A DNA stretch of 64,000 bases from Octopus vulgaris (Eukaryota), in assembly GCA_951406725.2 (NCBI GenBank), contig OX597833.1:30628001-30692000 (forward strand), read 5' to 3'. Shown in pieces: positions 12,076-21,223 of this stretch; position 1 is the stretch's first letter; every line of letters begins with the position of its first letter. A program made the translations under genes and the position numbers. The notes beneath the pieces are model-generated. The model was not told where the DNA came from, made no database searches, and was given only the letters and a program-made list of their open reading frames with translations.

Positions 12076-14661
12076 TCATTTTATGATACCCTTGTACAGG
12101 CTACCTCAAAGACTAGTGGCAAGGACCTCATCTTTGTGGGTGGAGACTTTAATGGGCATATTGGGCGGGAATCGGGTATCTTCACTGGGGTACACGGTGT
12201 CCATGGTATTGGCACCAGAAATGATGAGAGAACTAGACTACTGGAATTCTGTGATGCATGTAACCTTTTAATCTGCAACACTAACTTCAGGAAGCCTGAC
12301 TTCCACCTTATAACCTATCAGTCAGGAGACTCCGCTAGCCAAATAGACTTCATCCTCACCAGACAGCGGGATGCAGGGTCGCTCTTAAATACAAAGACCC
12401 TCCCGGGTGAAGAATGTATCCCTCAGCATAGGCTAATCATCAGTGACTTTAAGCTTGAGGCCAGAAGGACTCCAAGAAACAAACTAATCCAGAAAAGAAG
12501 GATTTGGAAGCTAAAGAACCCTTCACATGGTCAGAGATTTAGGGACATCCTCATCAAGAAATTTGACGAGAGGGAGGAGGAGCTTCAGACGTCGGACATA
12601 GAAGGTAGCTGGGAATTCCTACGGGACAGCTTGCTGAGTGCCACAGACCGAGTCTGTGGATGGTGCAAAGTCCCTTCCAGACCTAGAGTTACGTGGTGGT
12701 GGAATAGTGCAGTAGACAAAGCCATTAGTGCAAAGAGATGGGCCTGGAAAGCCTGGAGGTATGGTGGTAGCAGGGAACTGTACCAGGTAGCCAAAAGGGA
12801 GGCTGGGCGGCAGGTATACATAGCCAAAGATGTAGCAGAAAAGAAGAAGTTTGCCAATGTCCAGCGACGTGAGGACCAAAGAGCTGAGGTATTTCAGATT
12901 GCCAGACAGTGTGTGAGAGAAAATAGTGATGTTACAGGAGAGAAATATGTCTGCATGGATGATGGGGCACTTGCTTTTACTGTTGGTGAAAAGAAAGAGG
13001 CTTGGAGAAGCCATTATGAAAGACTGCTGAATGAGAAGAATGAATGGGAGGAGGAGAGCCTGCCAAATGTTGACCCAGTAGAGGGACCAGCTACCCGAAT
13101 AGACAGCTCCCTTGTAGTTAAGGCAATTAAGGATATGAAACCAGGTAAAGCCCCCGGCCCATCAGGAATCACTGCTGAGATGCTTAAAACAGCTGGCTAT
13201 GTGGGCTATGGCCTAGTCACCCGCATTGTAAACCAGGTAGTTCATAATGGAGTCATACCCAATGACTGGCGTAGCAGCACCATAGTCAACTGCTACAAGG
13301 GTAAGGGTGATGCTCTAGATAGAAATAACTACAGGGGTATTAAACTGTTGGATCAGGTGATGAAGGTCACAGAGAGGGTCATAACCCATCTCATTAGGGA
13401 GAGAATTTGCTTAGATGAGATGCAGTTCGGTTTTGTGCCGGGTAGAAGCACCACTGATGCTATATTCCTGGTCCAACAACTGCAGGAGAAGTACCTAGCT
13501 AAAGATAAACCCCTCTACATAGCTTTTGTGGACTTGGAGAAAGCCTTTGACAGGGTTCCCCGATCCCTTATCTGGTGGTCGATGCGGAGACTGGAGATTG
13601 ACGAATGGCTAATAAAGGCTGTACAGGTCGGAAGAGATCTATACAGAGAGGCTGTCAGCAAGGTTAGGATTGGCAACGAATATAGTGAAGAATTCCGGGT
13701 AGAAGTAGGTGTACACCAAGGCTCAGCCCTCAGTCCCCTTTTATTCATCATAGTCCTCCAGGCAATAACAGGGGAATGCAAAACAGGATGCCCCTGGGAG
13801 CTCCTCTATGCTGATGACCTGGCTCTCATAGCAGAATCACTACCAGAACTAGAAAAGAAATTTCGGGTGTGGAAGCAAGGGTTAGAATCAAAGGGCCTTA
13901 GAGTAAATGTAGCAAAGACCAAAGTTATAGTAAGCAGAAAGGCGAACTCAGCACACACCCCATCGGGCAGGTGGCCCTGCTCGAGCTGTAGGAAAGGTGT
14001 AGGTAGAAACTCCATAAGATGCACCCAATGTAAGCTATGGATACATAAGAGGGGCAGCAACATTAAAGGGAAATTAACTGATAAGATAGCTTTCATGTGC
14101 GGCAGATGCACAGGGACAATAGACACCACAGATACTCAGAAAACAGATTCCATCACACTCCAGGGGGAGAAACTAGAAGTAGTTGATAGTTTCCGCTACC
14201 TGGGTGACCAAGTTAGTAGTGGAGGTGGATGCTCAGAGAGTATCATCACTAGAATACGAATAGCCTGGGCAAAGTTCAGAAAGCTCCTACCCCTACTGGC
14301 GACAAAGGGTCTCTCGCTCAGAGTGAAAGGTAGATTGTATGATGCATGTGTGCGAACTGCCATGCTTCACGGTAGTGAAACATGGGCTGTGACTGCAGAG
14401 GACATGCGTAGACTTGAAAGAAATGAAGCTAGCATGATCCGCTGGATGTGTAATGTCAGTGTGCATGCACGACAGAGTGTAAGCACCCTGAGTGAAATGC
14501 TGGACATAAGAAGCATCAGATGTGGTGTGCAAGAGCGACGCTTGCGATGGTATGGTCATGTACTGCGGATGGATGAGGAGAGATGTGTGAAGAAGTGCCA
14601 CTCCCAAAGAGTTGAAGGTATCAGGGGAGAGGTAGACCCAGGAAGACATGGGATGAGGTAG
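12061..14661 (+). CDS. RTE LINE ORF2: partial AP endonuclease, reverse transcriptase and an inserted PHD-type finger (N-truncated, C-terminal frameshift)
   Basis: 866-aa ORF with GGDFNGH, SQIDFIL, KAPGPSG, QFGFVPGRSTTDAI, FVDLEKAFD, GVHQGSALSP, LYADD, FRYLG, MLHGSETW and RLRWYGHV. Confidence 0.9.
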   Translation: MPSKSSFYDTLVQATSKTSGKDLIFVGGDFNGHIGRESGIFTGVHGVHGIGTRNDERTRLLEFCDACNLLICNTNFRKPDFHLITYQSGDSASQIDFILTRQRDAGSLLNTKTLPGEECIPQHRLIISDFKLEARRTPRNKLIQKRRIWKLKNPSHGQRFRDILIKKFDEREEELQTSDIEGSWEFLRDSLLSATDRVCGWCKVPSRPRVTWWWNSAVDKAISAKRWAWKAWRYGGSRELYQVAKREAGRQVYIAKDVAEKKKFANVQRREDQRAEVFQIARQCVRENSDVTGEKYVCMDDGALAFTVGEKKEAWRSHYERLLNEKNEWEEESLPNVDPVEGPATRIDSSLVVKAIKDMKPGKAPGPSGITAEMLKTAGYVGYGLVTRIVNQVVHNGVIPNDWRSSTIVNCYKGKGDALDRNNYRGIKLLDQVMKVTERVITHLIRERICLDEMQFGFVPGRSTTDAIFLVQQLQEKYLAKDKPLYIAFVDLEKAFDRVPRSLIWWSMRRLEIDEWLIKAVQVGRDLYREAVSKVRIGNEYSEEFRVEVGVHQGSALSPLLFIIVLQAITGECKTGCPWELLYADDLALIAESLPELEKKFRVWKQGLESKGLRVNVAKTKVIVSRKANSAHTPSGRWPCSSCRKGVGRNSIRCTQCKLWIHKRGSNIKGKLTDKIAFMCGRCTGTIDTTDTQKTDSITLQGEKLEVVDSFRYLGDQVSSGGGCSESIITRIRIAWAKFRKLLPLLATKGLSLRVKGRLYDACVRTAMLHGSETWAVTAEDMRRLERNEASMIRWMCNVSVHARQSVSTLSEMLDIRSIRCGVQERRLRWYGHVLRMDEERCVKKCHSQRVEGIRGEVDPGRHGMR

Positions 14662-15133
14662 TCAAGCATGACCTCAGAGCGTTGGGCCTCACTGAGGCAA
14701 TGGCGAAGGACCGAGATCTCTGGAGATATGCTGTGACTGCAAAGACCCGGGCTGCTTCCGCATAGCCCCTGCCCATTCAAAGTACCCTGGATCCCAGAAC
14801 GTCCCGCTGTGCTTGAGGAGATCTGTTGAGTCAAGTACATGAACATGAACATCGAAATAAATATCAATGGAAATAGTAGTTGTGATACCTGTGCCGGTGG
14901 CACATAAAAAGCACCATCCGAACGTGGTCGTAGCCAGTGCCGACTCGACTGGCTTCTGTGCCGGTGGCACATAAAAGGCACCATCCGAACGTGGCCGATC
15001 CCAGCGCCGCCCCGACTGGCTTCTGTGCTGGTGGCACGTAAAAAGCACCATCCGAACGTGGCCGTTGCCAGCGCCGCATTGGCTGGCTTGCGTGCCGGTC
15101 GCACGTTAAAAGCGCCAACCGATCGTGGCTGAT
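12076..15133 (+). mobile_element. RTE-clade LINE, 5'-truncated, with ORF2 and a 3' UTR hairpin array
   Basis: Long ORF with APE, RT and Zn-finger motifs, followed by four 67-nt repeat units at 14890-15133. Homologous pieces occur elsewhere in the window. Confidence 0.92.
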
Positions 15134-15229
15134 GTGTGTGTATATATATAAACACACACACAAAGATAAATTGATAGATACAACTGAATGGGCAAACAAA
15201 AATATGAGACACTGCGTAGTGCATTTTTA

Positions 15230-15543
15230 TATTTTGATAAGCCTGGTACTTGTTCTATCAGTTTCTTCTTGTGAAACTAGTAAGTTATGGGGCTCTAAAT
15301 AAACGAACAGCAATTGTGAAGCAGTGATGAGGGAGAAACACAAAGACACACACATAGACTTACATATATACATACATATATATACAATTGATTTCCTTCA
15401 GTTTCTGTCTACAAAATCCACTGACAAGGTTTTGGTTGGTCTGAGGCTATAGCAGAAGACACATACCAAGTCACCACACAGTGGGACTGAACCCAGGACC
15501 ATGTGTTTTGGAACAAAGTTTGTTACCACACAGCCACACCTGC
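15230..15543 (-). mobile_element. tRNA-derived SINE (same family as 60333-60720)
   Basis: Reverse complement starts GCAGGTGTGGCTGTGTGGTAA...GGGTTCAGTCCCACTG and matches the copies at 60333 and 62591. Confidence 0.75.
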
Positions 15544-15976
15544 AGCTATGTACGTGTGTGGTGTGTGTGTGTGTGTGTATGTGTGTATGGGTGTATATAT
15601 GTATACATATATATTTATATGTGTATATCTATGTGAGTATATTACATGTACAACTATGTACATATACATCTAGACATGCATGTATACATTTACAGCTATA
15701 CATATACAGCTATACAAATACATCATCATCATCTAGCGTCCACTTTCCATGCTAGCATGGGTTGGACGGGTCAACTGGGGTCTGTGAGGCTGGAAGGCTT
15801 CGTCAGGCCCAGTCAGATCTGGCAGTGTTTCTACGGCTGGATGCCCTTCCTAACGCCAAATACATGTATACATATACATGTATACATATACATGTATATA
15901 TATATATATATATATGACGTTAAACGATGATGATGATATATACATACACACATCCATATCTATACATCTATATATC

Positions 15977-16025
<49 letters not shown>

Positions 16026-16291
16026 ATATAGGGTAGCAAAAAAAAATTCAAGAAAAAATTCAAGAAAAATTTTCTGCAACCAGCGGTCAAGTGAGAAAAT
16101 AGAAATAGTCACAGACTATATAATATATTCAACAAAATATTAAGGAAAGACCCTTACAGCTTTCAGAATTACTACTATTTTTGTGGTTTGAGTTTTGGCT
16201 GCTCTTTTCAAGTGAGTCGAATGACCTGTAAGGGTCTTTCCTTAATATTTTGTTGAATATATATATATATATATAGATGTATAGATATGGA

Positions 16292-17158
16292 TCAAATATC
16301 AATGGAAACAGTAGCTGTGATACCTGTACCGGTGACACATAAAAAGCACCATCCGAACGTGGCCGTTGCCAGTGCAGCCTCCACTGGCTTCTGTGCCGGT
16401 GGCACATAAAAGCACCATCCGAACGTGACCGATGCCAACCCCGCCTTGAATGGCTTCTGTGCCGGTGGCACATGAATATCGAACCAAATATCAATGGAAA
16501 CAGTAGTTGTGATTCCTGTGCCGGTGACACATAAAAAGCACCATCCGAATGTGGCTGTTGCCAGTGCAGCCTCCACTGGCTTCTATGCCAGTGGCACATA
16601 AAAAGCACCATCCGAACGTGACCGATGCCAATCCCGCCTCAAATGGCTTCTGTGCCGGTGGCACATAAAAAGCACCATCCGAACGTGGCCAATGCCAACC
16701 CTACCTCAAATGGCTTCTGTGCCGGTGGCACATGAACATCGAACCAAATATCAATGGAAACAGTAGCTGTGATACCTGTGCCGGTGACACATAAAAAGCA
16801 CCATCCGAATGTGACCGATGCCAACCCTGCCTCGAATGGCTTCTGTGCCGGTGGCACATAAAAAGCACCATCCGAATGTGGCCGATGCCAGCACCGCCTT
16901 GACTGGCTTCTGTGCCGATAGCACATAAAAAAATGCACCAACCGATCGTGGCCGATGCCAGACCCCTCTGACACCTGTGCAGGTGGCACGTAAAAAGCAC
17001 CCACTACACTCGCGGAGTGGTTGGCGTTAGGAAGGGCATCCAGATCAGACTGGAGCCTGGAGCAGCCCCTGGCTCCCCAGACCCCGGTCGAGCCGTCCAA
17101 CCCGTGCTAGCGCGGAAAACGGACGTTAAACGATGATGATGATGATGATGATGATGAT
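16292..17158 (+). mobile_element. RTE-family 3' tail insertion with an expanded higher-order hairpin array and (GAT)n end
   Basis: About 11 TGTGCCGGTGGCACA-type hairpins in three leader-initiated blocks, then GGTTGGCGTTAGGAAGGGCATCCAG...AAACGGACGTTAAAC(GAT)n. Confidence 0.85.
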
Positions 17159-17228
17159 ATATATACATGTATATGTATACATGTATATGTATAGCTGTAT
17201 ATGTATACATGTATATGTATAGCTGTAA

Positions 17229-17287
<59 letters not shown>

Positions 17288-17334
17288 AATTTAAATTTAA
17301 AATAATAATATTAATTTGATTAATATGAATTGAA

Positions 17335-17693
17335 AACCAGTAGTGTAGCATATAAGACCATAGCGGACCTACTTCTAGCAAAATGGATATCCACTGTTAA
17401 TGGTTCATCCCTCTTATATAATAGTTTGACTTTCATAGTTCCAGTATTAAAGTGAAAGTATCTAACATTACAATAGAGAGATGTTTTTGTTTCACTTTTA
17501 ACACGTAATACTGAAATAGTGGAGAAGATATGATAGGCAAGAAGTTAAACATTTTTTTTGCCCATGACACTACATGGACCATAAGTAAGGCATGTGTAAA
17601 ATTTGAATGAAATTGGTTGTGTAGTTTTCAAGTTTTAGGGATTCACACAGACAGAGAGACAGACACACATTCTCAGTTTTATATATATAGATT
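17335..17693 (+). mobile_element. Non-autonomous Helitron/Helentron-like fragment
   Basis: Shares sequence with 44000-44255 and ends ACAGAC...CATTCTCAGTTTTATATATATAGAT. Confidence 0.45.
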
Positions 17694-17802
17694 ATGTATA
17701 TCTATACATGTATGGATGTATCTCTCTCTCTCTCTCTCTGTATATATATTTCTTCAAATTTCTTTAAAGCTGCAGTTACGCTGGGGCACCACCATTAATG
17801 AC

Positions 17803-17875
17803 AAGCCTGGCCAGGAATCATACCCTGGTCTCCTGTGTGACAGCTGGGGATACTGATCACTATACTACCGAGTGA
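17803..17875 (-). pseudogene. tRNA-Asp(GTC)-derived pseudogene or SINE head
   Basis: Reverse complement CTCGGTAGTATAGTGATCAGTATCCCCAGCTGTCACACAGGAGACCAGGGTATGATTCC aligns with metazoan tRNA-Asp. The T-loop and acceptor stem are broken, and a SINE-like GGTGCCCCAGC tail follows. Confidence 0.7.
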
Positions 17876-18159
17876 GAGAGAGAGGGAAAGAGAGAGAAGA
17901 AGGGGGAGATACACACACACACACACAAACATATGCAAATGTACAGATAAACACAAGTAAGGTTAATGAGTATATTTACATAAAATGTGTGTGAAGTCAA
18001 CTTTCTACATAGGAGGCACCGTGCGCTGGATGAAGGAGTTGGAATACAAGTTCTTATGTATCTGAATACTACTCTGTGAATATCTATACCATGCTTGCTA
18101 TACAGTTCTCTAACACACACACACAGATGCATAGAGACATGCACACACACGCATACATA

Positions 18160-19030
18160 CAGGGTATTTGAGTTAAATCTGACAATTTTTATGTCTCCCT
18201 TTTCAGGAACAACTTGATGTATAGGTGAACAGGCAATGGTGTTGGAGAACATAAAGATTAAAGTTGTAGTTGAGAAAAAGTTAGCTGACATGGAGGACTT
18301 GAAGCCATCTGAACATTAGAAACAAGTTACTTCTGTCATGATGATTCATTCCGAGTATCAAAATGCCAACATCACAACTGCTGCTCAATGCTCTGTGGAC
18401 ACTTTAAAGGCTGTAAGACGTGACATGGACAGCTGCAACAGAGACTACAGAGCAGGAAAGGACACAGCAGATGTTCTGACTGCATCCACATACCGATGTT
18501 CATCCCCACATCTTTGAACAGGCCTTAGGTTCAATTCAGATGGCTATGTGAAGCTGTTGGAGACTGCAGTCAATCCCTGGTTGGAGTGTGTTACTCCTGG
18601 GAGGCCATATGTGTGACAGCAGGATTTGCCTCCTTGCCATACCTCCAGAAAGAGTCAGAAATGGTTGTCAGAGGATTTCTATGACTTCACCTTCCCCAAT
18701 TTCTGGCCTCCTAATTCCCTTTATTGCAATCTCATGGATTACATTGTGTGGGGAACAATTGAAAAAAAACACCAGAGTCAAGCTGGTAATCAAGATCAAA
18801 GAGATGTTCAAAGATCTCTTTGAACATCTCAGGGACTCAGTGAGCAATGCATGTGCCAAGTTCTGGAGCTGTCTTGAGACCGTGGGTTGAGGGTGTCTCC
18901 TTTAAGTAAACTGTTATCTCCCAGCCATAATCTAGTTAATATTTTTGTTTTTAAATGCCTTTCATTTTTGGATGGGATATTGTTTATTTTTCTTTTTATG
19001 CAAGCTGTTGGATTTGATCCAAACACTCTG
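18160..19030 (+). mobile_element. Degraded Tc1/mariner-superfamily element
   Basis: Imperfect TIRs CAGGGTATTTGAGTTAAATCTGACA and TGTTGGATTTGATCCAAACACTCTG. Catalytic-region motifs QQDLPPCHTS and WPPNSLYCNLMDYIVWG. Confidence 0.75.
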
Positions 19031-20761
19031 TGTATAGATGCATGTATGTATAGAAGGAAAAAATTGACAGACTTTGAATTTCACTGTAGGCTCTGTAAAG
19101 TTACCTCTATTAGGTACTGTCTTGGGTTGAAGAATATCTACTCTAAAGTGATCAAAGAAATATTTAAGAGGAATTAAAGAAACTCAGAGCAATGAAGAGA
19201 AATAAAACAGAAATGAAAAATAGTTTTGTGAATTGAACATTTTGAGCCAGATAACTACTTCTGTGCCTACATATCAAATCTTGTTCATTACCTTTTAAAA
19301 TTCTTTGAAATCAATAAATGATAAATTTTGTCTTCAACACTTTGGCTTCACAGTTATTTATTTAAAAATCAGGTAACTGTTAGAGATTGTATCAATACAT
19401 AAAATCAATTACAGATACCATTGTTAAGAATATTCACATTTTTTTAAGCACTCTCTCCAAAGCTTCTGTAATCCTCATATGTTTTGATAGGATTGATTCT
19501 TCAAACACTCACTGAAGAATTAAGCAACATGCCAGCTCTCAGGGGAAAAAATCCACATTTTCATTTTATTTTTGGTTATCTATACTGAAAACTAAACTTA
19601 TTAAATGACAATGCAGATGTTTTAACATAGGGGTTCAATTGAGTGGCTAAAAATCAAAACAGAACACTTTAGATAACATACTTCTCAATACACTTCTAGA
19701 TAAAATACACTTCTAGATAAAATACACTTCTAGATTAAAAAAAAATAATGAATTGTTTAGAGCCAGTTTTACTAAGCCTAATATTCAGAATTTTCTTTTT
19801 ACTTTGTACATTGATTTTTGGTAAAAATATTTGTTAATACATCATTATATATACTTGCAGAAATACTGCCCTCTGGGCAGTTTTCTGGCAGTATCTCATG
19901 TTCACTTGTGCAAAACTGGTGTAATATGCATACCTGCTTATACATCTTTTATCTTTTATTTTTTATTTGTTTCAGTGTTTGTACTGCAACCATTCAGCGG
20001 CACCGCTTTGAAAGGTTTAGTTAAGCAAATTGACACCAGTACATTTTTTAAGCATGGTACTTATTCTCTTTTTGCCAAACCACTAAGATACATGGACATA
20101 AACAAACCAACACCGGTTGTCAAGCAGTGGGGTGGGACTGTTCACTGGTCCCAGGTATCCCACAAATCAGTGTTTCTATCAAAGGTATAACTGGTGCATA
20201 TTATGCGTTGCATCATTTCATAAAAAAAAATGAATAGGGAGTTCAAAGATTACTACATGTGTTTCAACAGCATGATTTATTCCAAAATACAATATCCATT
20301 ACATGTTAGATAACATTATGTAAATTTGCATTATTACATAAGACTCCAATTCATCAGGTAATATTGTACTAAAATATTTGGCAGAATATCACCTGATGAA
20401 ATGGATTTGTTATGCAACAATGCAAACTTATCCAATGTTATCTAATGTGTTATGCAAAGGATATTGTATTTAAGTCTTGTTTTGAACATTCATTTTTGTT
20501 TGACATATCTGTGTGTGTGAATACATACAATTTTTCCTTCCATACCAAAATCTATTTTCACCATATACATCTGCAAAAGTTTTATCAAAATTTTTCTATG
20601 TAAGGAACTGTATAGAATTTTCAGCCAGAATAAATACTGTACTTTTCTATCATTTAGTTTTTCCTTTAGCATCTAAGTTCTTGTATGTGTATACACACAT
20701 ATAATAAATAATGTTTGTCAAAATTTCAGTTACTGTTCAAAGTTTACAGTCTTTCCTACAG

Positions 20762-21069
20762 CGGATAATTATGACCTACCACTTGAAGGGAAATTAACAG
20801 TTTCCTCAGGGACTTTCAAAAAGAAGGAGAACATCCGTTGTGAAGTTACGTCTCCCAACAACAGATGGTGCACAATTCCACCACTGAGCTATGATGAAAT
20901 CTTATTAAGTGAGATTTACATGCTAACTTCCTCATGCACCTACAACCTAAGGAGAATGGCCAAGATTCTAGTCCCTTTCAGCGTTGTTGACGATCGTTAT
21001 TTTGTTGTAAAAGCCAATGTTCGTTGGATCAAGGAAAATGATTGGACTGAAACTGAATTCATCACAAAG
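20762..21069 (+). CDS. DTHD1: Death domain-containing protein 1-like, internal exon A (ZU5-like)
   Basis: Acceptor ctttcctacAG and donor AAG|GTATTT. Open frame ..DNYDLPLEGKLTVSSGTF...IPPLSYDEILLSEIY...WTETEFITK; ends in phase 0, matching the next exon. Confidence 0.8.
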
Positions 21070-21223
21070 GTATTTTTCTTTTATGTATTTGTTTATAACT
21101 TTGTTTTATTTTATATAGATGAAGAAACTTATCACTTATTCCACAATATATACTACATGTTTTGCTTATACTACTAAAACCTATGAGCAAAGCATGAAGG
21201 CCATAATGAATAAATTGTTTTAA

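Noticed and set aside
14890-15133. Known self-cleaving ribozyme (hammerhead, twister, pistol, HDV) in the hairpin unit
   Set aside because: I could not find a complete catalytic core by eye; the resemblance is limited to a stem followed by TAAAA. A covariance-model search would be needed.
16292-17158. CRISPR-like repeat-spacer array
   Set aside because: The context is eukaryotic with no cas genes. The variable parts are short, related to each other and enclosed in a stem, and the array is the tail of an RTE LINE.
14556-17381. Repetitive ORFs with MVLFMCHRHR / SDGAFYVPPAQ / ATFGWCFLCATGT motifs
   Set aside because: These are translations of the non-coding hairpin units and microsatellites. 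The 67-nt unit is not a multiple of 3, so the motifs cycle through all frames.
17803-17875. Functional tRNA-Asp gene
   Set aside because: The T-loop (GGTATGA instead of GGTTCGA) and the acceptor stem are disrupted.
19687-19737. 17-bp x3 tandem repeat (AATACACTTCTAGATAA)
   Set aside because: This is an ordinary slippage duplication with no supporting context.
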